Shown: piece after piece, positions 12,383 to 25,766 of the stretch
Layout of the letters: each line of letters opens with the position of its first letter
How positions within the stretch are numbered: the stretch's first letter is position 1
Assembly (NCBI GenBank): GCA_951406725.2
Contig: OX597840.1
Span: 39,060,001-39,124,000, forward strand
Length of the DNA: 64,000 nt
From: Octopus vulgaris
Lineage: Eukaryota
Direction of reading: 5' to 3'
The notes under the pieces: model-generated
Database searches by the model: none
Told to the model about the DNA's origin: nothing
Seen by the model: the letters and a program-made list of their open reading frames with translations, nothing else
Made by a program: the position numbers and the translations under genes

Positions 12383-12792
12383 ATACTCCTTACTCTTTTA
12401 CTTGTTTCAGTCATTTGACAGCGGCCACGCTGGAGCATCGCCTTTAGTCGAGCAAATCGACCCCGGGACTTATTCTTTGTAAGCCTAGTACTTATTCTAT
12501 CGGTCTCTTTTGCCGAACCGCTAAATGATGGGGACATAAATACACCAGCATCGGTTGTCAAGCAATGCTAGGGGGATAAACACAGACACACAAACATATA
12601 CACACACACTTATGAATATACATACATATATACGACAGGCTTCTTTCAGTTTCCGTCTACCAAATCCACTCACAAGGCATTGGTCGGCTCGGGGCTATAG
12701 CAGAAGACACTTGCCCGAGGTGCCACGCAGTGGGACTGAACCCGGAACCATGTGGTTGGTTAGCAAGCCACTTACCACACAGCCACTCCTGT
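12383..12792 (-). mobile_element. SINE family A, full length
   Basis: Colinear with 1024-1434. Confidence 0.9.
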
Positions 12793-12929
12793 GGAACATT
12801 CCTGGTGATTTTTGGCCATGGAACCAGGCAGATGTCTTGCAACACTTCCTATTTTCTATATATTCTTCTCCAGGCCGCCATCATTTCTTGCCACTCTCCT
12901 CAGTATTTCTCATCGTCCACAACCAGGGT

Positions 12930-13243
12930 ATCTAGTATTCAAGAGAAATGTACAAGTCTACTTTCTCGCTAAAACCATTCTTCATGTCGTTATTGTCGCC
13001 GTTTACTGCTGTTTTGGTAAATTGTCAGAAAGAACCCGACTGCCTTCTTGTTGTATACGTTCCTATCCCGCTGTTTTCCACATCGTATTTAATCCTTCCA
13101 GGTTCGCCGGATGTTAATGGGTCAATGGAGCCGACAATAATTTCATTCAAACTGCGGTCGTGTAACTTTCCTTGCAATAACATTAACGGCTGAAGCCCGT
13201 ATAAGGTAACTTCAACAGAGTCGTACATTGCAATTACCTGCAT
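12930..13243 (-). pseudogene. Possible highly decayed LINE (RTE-type) AP-endonuclease fragment
   Basis: VIAMYDSVEVTLYGLQ..IIVGSIDP..VENSGIGTYTTRR loosely follows the APE pattern IISAYAP..FY..LQ..IIVMGDFN..GKFGLGxxN; weak. Confidence 0.3.
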
Positions 13244-13786
13244 TTCTATATAAGTTCAAATCTCATTCATTTCCGCATTACATTTCACAACTCTGTGTCT
13301 CGATAAAACAATTAACAACCTAGCACAACTAATTCTTTCATTCCCTCTTTCTTTCTGTCTTCTATAAGTTCTGGAGCCGTAGTAATGCTAAAAATCGTTA
13401 TTATATTTTATGATAGTTGGCGCCAAATCCTACGAAGTAGATGAGGAGAATGAAATGAATTGAGTAGCGGAGTTCGTGAGAAAACACTTAGATATCGTGT
13501 TAAATTTACGAAGACGTTAAAGTAAATGCGATAATATATAAAGGCGTGATTATTAATAATGCTAAAATGGTGAGAGCCTAGAAGTAATCTTTAATTATAT
13601 TGACAATGCAAGAAGAGTTTCACGTTGATAAAATCTGGCATTCCATAGATAGATTCATTAAGATGTCCTCTTGCTGGAAGCTAGAGAGAGGAGAAATATG
13701 CTTTACGCTGAGTATATTCCCTCTCTTTAAGAATGTATTCAGATACCCTTCATCGGCTATTGTCAGGGATACCATAAACTTAATAA

Positions 13787-14198
13787 CTTTACTACCCACA
13801 AGGGGCTAAACACAAAGGGGACAAACAAGGACAAGCAAACGGATTAAGTCGATTACATCGACCCCAGGGCGTAACTGGTACTTAATTTATCAACCCCGAA
13901 GGGATGAGAGGCAAAATCGACCTCAGCGGAATTTGAACTCAGAACGTAACGGCAGACGAAATACCTATTTCTTTATTACCCACAAGGGGCTAAACACAGA
14001 GAGGACAAACATGGACAGCCAAACGGATTAAGTCGATGACATCGACCCCAGTGCGTAACTGGTACTTAATTTATCGACCCCGAAAGGATGAGAGGCAAAG
14101 TCGACCTCGGCGGAATTTGAACTCTGAACGTAACGGCAGACGCAATACCGCTTAGCATTTCGCCCGGCGTGCTAACGTTTCTGCCAGCTCACCGCCTT
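13787..14198 (-). mobile_element. SINE family B head-to-tail dimer (full copy plus ~180-nt repeat of its 3' body)
   Basis: 13787-13964 repeats the first ~180 nt of 13965-14198; junction GACGAAATAC|CTATTTCTTT. Confidence 0.9.
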
Positions 14199-15517
14199 TT
14201 AGATAGTATAAGCTTAATAACACCAACATAAGGCAAGTCAATACAGGATTATTTCTTGAAAATAAAGCAACAAAAATTACTCGGACAAAATGTTTAGCTT
14301 CATTTCTACTGGAGCTTTAAGTTCTGAGTTCACAGCAGTTCCCTTTGATTTCAGGGTCGATAAGTTAAATATCGGATGAGTACTGAGTTCAATATTATCG
14401 ACTTCTTGCTACTTAAATAATTCCAGGTTTACCGAGCTCGATAAAACCGGTATCAGTTGAGCACCAGGGTAGATGTAATCTCCCAGCTAACTCCCTCCAA
14501 ATATTTTAGACCTTGCACATCATGCAATGTTTTTTTTTGTTTTTAAATAAACGGATGATAAAAGGTTTTATAAAAGCATTAAATAAGCAAGTTTTCTTTG
14601 AAACTAAACATTTAGAAATAAAATGTGAGGAGGTCGTTTAAAACGAAATTTCTTGCGACGAATTTTCCTACAGCAAAAATGCTTCCTGTAACACTTCTGC
14701 GTTTAATAGAAATAAATAACAACAAAATTGATAATTTAATAAGAAACACAACAAAATAGTTGCGCCGCTTTGCATTTTTCGTTTAAATACAACCGCCATT
14801 AATGTCAAACGTACCGTTCACCTTTCTGAGAGCGACAGAACAAACATAAGTCAACTGAAGTATATTTAATTATCTGATGCTGGTGTTTGTTTTGGGGGTT
14901 TGGTACATAAGGAAAATAAACTATTGTAGTGGAAGCAATCCCCAAACATTTCTCATAACATTATACAGGGTATTTGAAAAAAAGCCGAGACCATTCTGAA
15001 AGAATATAGCATAAGGTGCTGGTATATTGGTCGTATTCATGCAAGTGTCAACGCTTCGGAAATCTTGCATTAACAACCAAATTCTACTCGAAGCTTTTTC
15101 TATCCTGTCTTTGAGTTAGTCAGTGGATTGCGGCCATTCTGGAGTAACGCTTTGAAGGGATTACTCCCCTATATTTCCCCCTCCTCATACCCTCTTTTTC
15201 TTTCTCCTTCTTTCTGTAAATAATGTCTTTCACATTACATTTCTCTACACTATATTGTTCTCTCTATTTCTAAATACTTCTTGCTCTCACCCACCTCTCT
15301 CTTTCTCTCTCTCTCTCTTTCTCTGACTTCCTTGTTCCCTTCTATTTCTCTTTCACCCTAAGTTCCGTACGAGCAACATCGTTTACCAATTCTATTCTTC
15401 ATCCTTAGAATTCTTTCTTTCGTTCCTTCAATACATGAGGGATACTTGTCTAAGTTCGCACCCTAATATCCACACTTCCCGTCTTTTCCATTTTCATCAT
15501 GTGTATATATATATATA

Positions 15518-15571
<54 letters not shown>

Positions 15572-15611
15572 TACATATATATATATATATGTATGTATAT
15601 ATATAATTATC

Positions 15612-15690
15612 TTTATTTTTATGTTTTAGTTTATGTTTTTCATTGTTTGATTTGCCTAATAGTGGTTTTAGATCTAATTTAATATATAAA
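15612..15690 (+). repeat. Fragment of the element that forms the 24605-24897 fold-back
   Basis: GTTTATGTTTTTCAxTGTTTGATTTGCCTAATAGTGGTTTTA shared with ~24835-24880; flanked by (TA)n. Confidence 0.8.
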
Positions 15691-15940
15691 TATATATATA
15701 TATATGTGTGTGTGTGTGTCTTCTCCCTACCTTCAAAATCCGGAGTTGATAAAACCAGGGGAGAACTGATGAGGGGAATATTCTTTATGTTGTCTATCTC
15801 GTTCCTCTATGTGTTTCTTTCATTTTTCGAAAAAAAGTTCGTTTTCTATGTTTTTTGTTTTTTACGTTCTCATTTTTTATTTTCTTCACTTTTTTATGTC
15901 TTGTACCCATGTATGCATGTATATATCCATATATATGCAT

Positions 15941-16178
15941 AAGGCGACGAGCTGGATGAATCGTTAGCCCGCCGAGCGAAATGCGAAGCCGTATTTCGTC
16001 TGCCGTTACGTTCTGAGTTCAAATTCCGCCGAGGTCGACTTTACCTTTCATCCTTTCGGGGTCGATAAATTAAGTACCACTTACGCACCGGGGTCGATAT
16101 AATCATAATCGACTTAATCCCTTTGTCTGTCCTTGTTTGTCTCCTCTGTGTTTAGCTCCTTGTGGGCAGTAAAGAAAT
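15941..16178 (+). mobile_element. SINE family B, full length
   Basis: AAGGCGACGAGCTGG head, GAGTTCAAATTCC B box, Nin/Deu-like domain, AAAGAAATA tail. Confidence 0.9.
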
Positions 16179-17409
16179 ATATATACATATATATATAGGT
16201 ATGTCCATATATATCTGTATATATATATATCTGTATATATATATTTGCCCGCGCGCACATATGTGTGTGTGTGTGCCTCTATTTCAGTTTCCCATTGTCT
16301 GATTGTCTCTATCTCTCATTCGCTCTCATGTTCCCTTACCGCTAAACTACCCCACACATCTTTCCTATCTCTTTCATATCAAGACGTCCATACTTGTCTA
16401 TCTCAACCTCTCTCTCCTTCACTCTCTCATTCTCGTTCTCCTTCTCTCTCTCTCTCTCTCTCTCTCCTATTCATATTCTTGGCCCTCATATATGTGTGTA
16501 TGCATGTGTGTGCGTACGTATATATATACATATATTTCTATATCTCTCTGTCAATTTATTAAAATTCTCTCCCGATGTTATTTCATTATTGTTATAATAA
16601 ATTGTATAATAAACATCGTTTCTTTGTTTTCCATTCCTCCATTGTTTAATTAACTTCTTAAAATACAGAACTACTCTCAGACTGATAACACAGATAAAAT
16701 ATTGATAGAGTTTAAAAGAATATTAACACACTGCCACCGGAAGCATTGTTTCAATGATCGTCTTTGACTGCCAAAGAACACTGAAATCATATTCAAAGAA
16801 TTCAAAATAAGTCGTGAACGGTTTAATACAATCTTGTTAGACCAAACGCGATACTCACCAATTATATTACAAGATATTTAATGGGAGTCTAGAAATAATC
16901 CATCATAAAACTAGATTACGAAAGCAAACTATGGTCTCGAGAACAAAAAAATGAGAGACTTCTCATAAACAAAAAAATAATGAAATTTAGTTTAAATGTT
17001 AATAAAAGAAAATGTATTAATTATTCATTCGTGAATTGTTTTTGAAATTTTTTTTAATAAAATGTCTTCTAATAACTTGGAAAGTGCTTTAATCTATAGT
17101 TGTAAGGATTCCCTATATCTTCTCTGAAGATAATGAAATGTAGAATACTGATGTTCACGATTGCAAAGATCTAATGCTGGCCCGATAGACGAGGGCCCTT
17201 AAACACGGGGGTACTTTTGTTATACAGTAGAAGACGTGAATTCTGTTTTGAGAAAAGCCCTGCCCCAGGAGGATACATTAAGTGGCTTACCTAACACCAA
17301 GACAATATATTTGTACAAAACAGAACAACTTCAAAATGTGACCTCATGTGTACCGTTGGCGATCTTTTTTTCCTCTGTATTCCCTTCTCTGGATCTTTCC
17401 TTCTCCTAT

Positions 17410-17444
17410 GTTTCCGACGAAGAGCTCCGCTCGAAACGTTAGAC
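17410..17444 (+). ncRNA. Minimal type I hammerhead-like motif with CCGACGA (U4C) core
   Basis: GTTT-CCGACGA-A-GAGC TCC GCTC-GAAA-CGT-T-AGAC; ACGT palindrome in place of stem III; lies in a ~200-nt element (17335-17548) sharing CCTGAGCGT with the 57590 family. Confidence 0.6.
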
Positions 17445-17754
17445 CCTACTTCTTCCCTTCTTTCCTGAGCGTCCAATAATACTTTATTTGTTCCACGTCC
17501 TCGCGTTGTTGTGTTTTTTTGTGTTTTGTTGTTTGGATTAACTTTATAATGAGACGAGGTGGGGGAGGTAATGAGCGGCTACCAAATAATTAATACAACT
17601 AATTAATAATCAGTTATAGAAATGAAATTACATGGGGAATATCACCGGTCAAGTTATGCATATCATATGAGATGGTAACCTCTGATCTAAAAGAAAAGAA
17701 GGCCGCAGAAACAGCGAAAAAATGACATTTCCCTAATGCGTATATATCATTCGT

Positions 17755-18078
17755 GGAGGCGCAATGGCCCAGTGGTTGTGAGTGTTTATTGAGCGAAAAC
17801 ACCTAAAGCTCCACGAGGCTCCGGCAGGGGATGGTGGTGATCCCTGCTGTACTCTTTCGCCACAACTTTCTCTCACTCTTACTTCCTGTTTCTGTTGTAC
17901 CTGTATTTCAAAGGGCCGGCCTTGTCACCCTCTGTGTCACGCTGAATATCCCCGAGAACTACGTTAAGGGTACACGTATCTGTGGAGTGCTCAGCCACTT
18001 ACACGTTAATTTCACGAGTAGGCTGTTCCGTTGATCGGATCAACCGGAACCCTCGACGTCGTAACCGACGGAGTGCTT
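17755..18078 (+). mobile_element. SINE family C with internally deleted head and body Y
   Basis: 5' part matches 8024-8215; 3' part matches 42430-42565. Confidence 0.8.
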
Positions 18079-18153
18079 CCACATATATCATTCATTTCTA
18101 CCAGGGACGAACTACATATGGCAACCGACAAGCCAACATCTCTCTCTCTCTTT

Positions 18154-18209
<56 letters not shown>

Positions 18210-18284
18210 GCTCGCTCTCTCCAGCTGATAACAGAATCACATGTCATGAAAAGAAACTACTCTATTCTCTTGCTGAAAGGAAGA

Positions 18285-18465
18285 CCATGTAAAGCAGGTA
18301 TTTCCACTGTTTTTTACATTCTGAGTTAAAATTCCGCCGTGGTCGACTTTGCCTTTCATCCGTCCGGGTCGATAAATTAAGTACCAGTTCTGTACTGAGG
18401 CCGATCTAATCGACTGGCATGCTCCCTCAAAAATTCCGTACCTTATGCCTAGAGTAGGAAAGGAT
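18285..18465 (+). mobile_element. SINE family B variant, partial
   Basis: GTCGACTTTGCCTTTCATCC..GATAAATTAAGTACCAG. Confidence 0.75.
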
Positions 18466-18470
18466 ATATA

Positions 18471-19221
18471 CCTTAATAATAATAAAACTCTAGAGATGTT
18501 TGTGTGTACCCAAAATATCCCTGAAATTGTATATTTTATATTAATTTTTCTTTCAAATTTATTTTCATACTTACCTTCGGCAGTGCAGTAAACATTTAGT
18601 GATATTTGAGCCTGTATTTATTAATGAAGACGATTAAACGCAATTTTTCTTTGTTATTTCTTGACGAAAAATAAAACATGGCTTCCGTGAGGTCAATACA
18701 CATACAGAACCCACAAACATATAATGTCATGGCGTGTCAATCAACACTAACACACGTTCGCTTCCTGTGACATATACACACACATAGTCTTCGCGCTCTC
18801 TAAGAAAAGAAAAGAAAAACGTCGACTTTTAATCATTTAGAAATAATTTTAACTGTGTGTGATTTCAAAAATGTAAGTTGTTTTTAGAGTATGTACTTAT
18901 ATTTTAATTTTCTTTAATCACACAATATTAATTTAATGTCTTTTGTTAATTATTTTCTAGTAAATGGCGATCTTTCGTTTGTCATCCGGAGTTCGTTAAT
19001 TTCCGTAAAAAATTTTCATTTCTTTCTTTTTGATTTAACGGGAAAGAGAGGAGAAAGTGAAAGATGTATGAATGTGTATTGGAAATGGACGTGTGTGAGT
19101 GAAAGAGAGAGAGAGAGAGAAAGAAAGAGAGAAAGTTTGTGAAGGGGTGACTTGCCATGTATACGTTCGTACGTCAATACATATGCGTACATCTTTTTTT
19201 GTAATTACGTGTGCATGTGTG

Positions 19222-19266
<45 letters not shown>

Positions 19267-19819
19267 GAGTGAACGCATGTGCTCTCATGTATGTGTAAGT
19301 GGCACACATACTCTCTCTCTCTTTCACACACACGCACATGTCCATTTCATATACATGTTCACATTTCTTTCACTTTGACCTCGTTTTGACTTTAAAACAA
19401 AAGTAAATACCTAAAAAATATTACGGAAATTAACGAACAAACCACCTGACCTGGATGACAGTTCTGAGAGTCAAATCGAAAGATCGCCCCAACAGAATAC
19501 CATGACAAAAGATTTTTCGAGGGCATTAAATTTATCTCAGCTCCAAAAATTTCACTTCTATTTCTAGTATGCCCTGTTACCACGTAAGAGCTATTAGCGA
19601 TAAAAGACCTGAAATACTTGTTACGTGGTAGCAGGGCGTGCAAGAAATAGCAGCCAAATCTTTCCTTTTCTGGGGAAAGGAGCCGCTTACGCGTGATTGC
19701 GATGTCGCATTCGTTGAAAGATTGCGAAATAACCTGGAGAGGAAAAACCCACGAAACAAAACTCCGTTGCTAGGAAACTTAGATTTTCCAGGCGAGCCAA
19801 CGGGTCACGGGTAGTCTAG
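18471..19819 (+). mobile_element. Possible old non-autonomous Helitron containing a long inverted repeat
   Basis: AT-rich start followed by TGTTTGTGTGT; 3' GC-rich segment CGGGTCACGGG ending in CTAG|T at 19816-19820; the termini are weak. Confidence 0.3.
18939..19512. repeat. Long diverged inverted repeat (arms ~18939-19115 and ~19310-19512)
   Basis: GGCGATCTTTCG/CGAAAGATCGCC, GTTCGTTAATTTCCGTAA/TTACGGAAATTAACGAAC and AAAGTGAAAGA/TCTTTCACTTT occur in mirrored order. Confidence 0.75.
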
Positions 19820-20200
19820 TTTCTATACATACATACATACATACATAAACCCGTTTGTGTATGTGTGTCTCTATTTCCGTGTGTTTGTATATGTATATAA
19901 ACGGGTCAGTTTTCCACAAGACAGCAAAGCAGCGGAGTCTTAGAGAGATATTCAGCAGTGGTAATCTAATATTGTCGAATAGTATATTCCTCAATATGGC
20001 ATATAGAAGATTTTTAAATTACCAGCTTTAGAATGGTGTGTATTTATCTATCTATGTATATGTATATATATAAATATTCATATATGCTTCTATACTTGCA
20101 TATTCGCGTGTGTGCGTGTATATAGATTTATGTGTATATATATACATATACTTACCTATATATATATACATACATATTAATATATATCTATACTTATATG

Positions 20201-20231
<31 letters not shown>

Positions 20232-20881
20232 ATATATACATATATATATATATATATGTATGTAAATATACATATATCTAAGAAGGTATATATGTATTTA
20301 TAATCCACTCCATGATACCTTTTCAATTCTATATTTGGGTCCTTATGGCAACAAAGAATGGGTTATTTTTTTGGGAGTTTTATTGTTGCTATAGTGAACA
20401 TTTTTCAAAATGATACTTTGGATATGAGTAAGAGAGAATTAAGATTTTAGATTTTGTTTCAATTGTGTTACTTGTAAGAAATATATTTTCCTCGTGAAAT
20501 GCGAAACAAGAGGAATTTTTCAAGAATAGAATGAAATATAATATATTTCTTGAAATTGTGCGAAATATTTTCTAGTAGCACACAATGTCTCTCTATTGAA
20601 AAGAATTCTTTTATCAGGAATCTTAGAATATGTCGAAAATATTCTAAAAGACCCCATTTACTCCCCAAAATGTGAAAAGATACTCATGCTCATTCATACG
20701 ATAAATAGTTATATACAAATATATATATATATATATACAAACAAAACCATACATAAACAAACAATTAAATAAACCTTTATATAGCAATCTCGCTCTTGCA
20801 AGTTCTCCTCTCTCTCTTCTCCCCAACACATCTTCCTCTCTCTTTCTCTTCCTCACTTACCTGCTCTGTCTCTATGTATAG

Positions 20882-20940
<59 letters not shown>

Positions 20941-21235
20941 GTGTGTTTGTGTGTGTGTGTGACAATTGTACATGCATCTTTGTATGTAAATGTATATTAA
21001 CAGCGCGTCTGAATATAGACATATATTTTATAATTGCACAACGCTTATATATTTATATGGCGACTTATATATGGGCACAACAGACACGTACACACGCACA
21101 CACACACACACACACACACAAACAGATACACACACACGCACATACACACACACCGTCACATGTACTCACGAAATATTTCAACATCTCAACATGTATTTAT
21201 CTGCCTATGCATGTACCTGTTTATGGGATATATAT

Positions 21236-21324
<89 letters not shown>

Positions 21325-21374
21325 GAGAGGGAGAGAGAGAGATATACACACCAACATAAATATGTGCGTATTTT

Positions 21375-21405
<31 letters not shown>

Positions 21406-21406
21406 G

Positions 21407-21443
<37 letters not shown>

Positions 21444-22025
21444 AACTTATATATACATAAATATATCTATGTGTGTGCATGTACGTCGTACGTGAATTAT
21501 TATTATATGTGTAACAATATGTTTTTTTGGTTTTGTTTACCTTCTTTTTTGTTTCCTAATCAAAATAGCTCTTGGAATATTTTGTATTACAAGAGGTGTC
21601 TCCTACATCTCTATACATTAAGTGCATCCGCGAACAATTCGTCATTGTTTAGACACGACCTCTTCAATTTCAACGTTTCTAAAGGTTTTATTTGAGAAAA
21701 ATTCTTCGAATCTATAGATGCAACACTTGTACGATAACAATACACGTTCCCGAAATAAGTTAGATCGTTCAGAAATTCATTACAGCACAGACTTTACTGT
21801 GATTATAATCACTTGGATGTGGTATTATTATCAATAACGTTGACATATTTACGCAGTTTTAAAAGGAAATAACAAGAATAGCGAAGAAAAAGAACAAAAA
21901 AAAAAAAAGGAGAAGGAAAAATAATACTAAACAGGGGAGAAAAGGAATTATTCTGTTTTGAAATGTGTATCAGACTCTTCGCTAAACTTAGCCGAAATAA
22001 ACCAAAGGTAAAAGAAACCAGCACT

Positions 22026-22352
<327 letters not shown>

Positions 22353-22639
22353 TTTCAAATTTTGGCACAAGTCTAGCGATGTCGTGGAGAAGTGGATGTT
22401 GCCAATATTGTTCTCGGTACTTCAGGGGTACTTTTATTTTTTCTCTGCCCGAAAATGCTGAAAGGACAGACGTGAGCTGGCAGAATCGTTAAAACACCGG
22501 GCAAAGATGTTTAACGGCATTTCTCCTGTCTTAACGTTGTGAGTTCAAATTCCGGTATGGTAGAATCTGCCTTTCATCTTTTTGAGGTCATTATTATTAT
22601 ATTTTTTACTCTCTAGTATCAGCTCAGAGCTGCGGCCAA

Positions 22640-22699
22640 TTATTATTATTATTATTATTATCATCATCATCATCATCATTATTATCATCATCATCATCA

Positions 22700-22739
<40 letters not shown>

Positions 22740-22798
22740 CATTATTATTATTATTATTATCATCATCATCATCATCATTATTATTATTATTATTATTA

Positions 22799-22829
<31 letters not shown>

Positions 22830-22862
22830 CATCATCATCTATTATCATCATCATCATCATCA

Positions 22863-22905
<43 letters not shown>

Positions 22906-22961
22906 CATCATTATTATTATTATTATCATCATCATCATCATTATTATCATCATCATCATCA

Positions 22962-22996
<35 letters not shown>
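22640..22996. repeat. (ATT)n/(ATC)n microsatellite
   Basis: Direct reading. Confidence 0.97.
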
Positions 22997-22998
<2 letters not shown>

Positions 22999-23001
22999 TG
23001 T

Positions 23002-23066
23002 CACTGCTTGGAATCGAACTCGGAGCCTTGGGGCTATTAGCCCGCATTCTTAACCACTACACCATA
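23002..23066 (-). mobile_element. tRNA-derived pol III head (A box TGGTGTAGTGG, B box GAGTTCGATTCC)
   Basis: Minus strand ATGGTGTAGTGGTTAAGAATGCGGGCTAATAGCCCCAAGGCTCCGAGTTCGATTCCAAGCAGTG. Confidence 0.7.
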
Positions 23067-23075
23067 TTTCCCCAA

Positions 23076-23121
23076 GACACCTGATGAAGTCTGTAGCGTA
23101 TATCAGCCGAAACGTTGTGTT
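23076..23121 (+). ncRNA. Minimal type I hammerhead ribozyme motif
   Basis: GACAC-CTGATGA-A-GTCTG..CAGCC-GAAA-CGT-T-GTGTT; 5-bp stem I; one mismatch in stem II; ACGT palindrome. Confidence 0.75.
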
Positions 23122-23384
23122 AACAACAACAAAAAGATGAGGACAAATATCCGTCAAATGTAAATAACGTAAAAAATGAACATAATTCCTCATCTCTTAA
23201 ATATTTGCTTTTATCAGCTTTGACAGACCGTTTTGTAGTCACTGGAAAGTCCCAATGAATTAAATTTTCTTCCTCAGTTCCAGCGTCAGGATGGCACTTG
23301 TGCCATTTGTGCGCAGATTTGATTTTATAATGCCAGCATATAAAAGTATGGAAATATTTGGGCTACTCTCTCTCTCTCTTTTTA

Positions 23385-23596
23385 TCGTGTATTTGTTTCA
23401 GTCATTTGACTGCGGCCATGCTGGAGCACCGCTTTTTAGTCGAGCAAATCGACCCCGGGACCTATTCTTTGTAAGCCCAGTACTTATTCTATCGGTGTCT
23501 TTTGCCGAACCACTAAGTGACGGGGGACAAAAACCAGCATTGGTTGTCAAGCAATGCTAGGGGGGAAAATGCAGACACACAAACACACACGCACAA

Positions 23597-23650
<54 letters not shown>

Positions 23651-23812
23651 TACGACAGGCTTCTTTCAGTTTCCGTCTACCAAATCCACTCACAAGACAT
23701 TGGTCGGCCCGAGGCTATAGCAGAAGACACTTGCCCAAGATGCCACACTGCGAGACTGAACCCGGAACCATGTGGTTGGTAAGCAAGTTACTTACCACAC
23801 AGCCAATCCTGC
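23385..23812 (-). mobile_element. SINE family A, full length
   Basis: Colinear with 1024-1434. Confidence 0.88.
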
Positions 23813-23904
23813 ATTTCTTGACTTATACGCTATAGGTGCTAAAAGTCCTATTGTTTCCCATGCCGCTCAAATGTTCCTAATTAAGTGTTGTTCGAAGATG
23901 AGGG

Positions 23905-24283
23905 GGGCCAGTCGATTAAATCGGTACTCAACTGGTACTTAATTTATCGATCCAGAAAAAGATGAAAGACAAAATCGAACACGGTGGAATTTGAACTCAA
24001 ACAGCATAAAGAAATACCGCTAAGCATTTCGCCCGGCGTGCTAACTTTTCTTATTTCTTTATTGCCCACAGGGGCTAAACACAGAGGGGACAAACAAGGA
24101 CAGACAAACGAATTAAGTCGATTATATTGACCCCAGTGCGTAACTGGTACTTATTTAATCGACCCCGAACGGATGAAAGGCTAAGTCGACCTCGGTGGAA
24201 TTTGAACTCAGAACGGAGCGGCAGACGAAATACTGCTAAGCATTTCGCCCGGTGTACTAATGTTTCTGCCAGTTCCACGCCTT
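23905..24283 (-). mobile_element. Two adjacent SINE family B copies
   Basis: Partial copy 23905-24050 plus full copy 24051-24283. Confidence 0.85.
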
Positions 24284-24604
24284 GCTCCTATACAAGAAGC
24301 ATTGAACAAAATATATCCAGACGTTGCGTATGGAAACACGGTAAATGCAAATAAAACAGTATTTAATAGGAATCGCTATCTGTATATCAAAATCATTGTA
24401 GAGAGATAGTTCATAGACCCGATGCGATGAATTTTTCCTCGTGTGCAGTAATGAATAGCCGTTGTCCAAAAGACACACAATGTCCGAAATAATCTGACCT
24501 TCTCGTTGACCGCGCTAAGAACAGGACATGTCAACGATATTTGGAGAATTTATTTCGGCTTTGATAAAATAGCATATATATATATATATATATGATAATA
24601 ATAA

Positions 24605-24897
24605 TATTAGGGAGTAAATCCAAACTTACAGGGAAAAATTAGATTTAGGATTAAATCTAATTTTACAGTATAATATAAATTAAATTAGAGATAAAACCAC
24701 TCTTAGGCAAATCAAACAGTGAAAAACATAAACCAATACGTAGAAATAAAATTAGTTAATATAATATACAAAATATATAAAATATAAAATTTAATTTTGT
24801 ATATTATATTAATTATTTTTATTTCTATGTTTTTGGTTTATGTTTTTCACTGTTTGATTTGCCTAATAGTGGTTTTATCTCTAATTAAATTTATATA
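24605..24897. mobile_element. Asymmetric fold-back element in (TA)n
   Basis: Arms ~24672-24773 and ~24794-24897 (TAGGCAAATCAAACAGTGAAAAACATAAACCAA / TTGGTTTATGTTTTTCACTGTTTGATTTGCCTA); unpaired tail 24605-24670. Confidence 0.85.
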
Positions 24898-24908
24898 TAT
24901 ATAGATAC

Positions 24909-24951
<43 letters not shown>

Positions 24952-25696
24952 TATGTTTGTGCATCCCTCTCTTCATCTATCTAACCATCCATCCATACAT
25001 ACATCCAAACATCCCTCCCTCCATCCATCCAACCATACATACATACATACATACATACATACATACATACATACATACATACATACATACATACATACAT
25101 ACATACATGCAATCATACATACATATATTTATTTCGAAATGCATGTTGGTGTTTAATACTTCGAATATAAAAGTATTTTCCAGTATCAATATTCAAATAA
25201 ACACTGATATCTCACTCTTCCCTTTCAGCTCAATACTTATCTCAATATACAGGAACTATTTTCCGGTGTTGAAAATATCAATATGAATTATTTTATACGC
25301 AGATTTCCATTTTAAATATGTTAAATGAACAATCTTCACATCGAAGCCCACTTTGTAAAAAATATGGTTTGCTTTCCAGCCAAAACAGACGCCGAATAAT
25401 TATATTTTTATTGGTATCGTTCAGGAAGGCAGCTGTTGCTGACGAAGGTCAACTCGTGTGAGTTCGATTTTCTTCTATGGCGGTTTTAACAAAATAGAAA
25501 AAAAAAAACCCAAACAAAACAAGACTCTTATGTGAGCCACATAATTAAACGTTGGCGTAAATTTACATATATGGGTTGTCTAAATATATATATATATATA
25601 TATTATTGCATTACATACACACAAAATATATATTTATATATATATATATACAACCACACAGGCACACAGACAGCGTATAAATTTATAAACAGCCAT

Positions 25697-25766
<70 letters not shown>

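Noticed and set aside
17118-17146. CTGAAGA-TAAT-GAAATGTA
   Set aside because: No stem II, and stem I is out of register.
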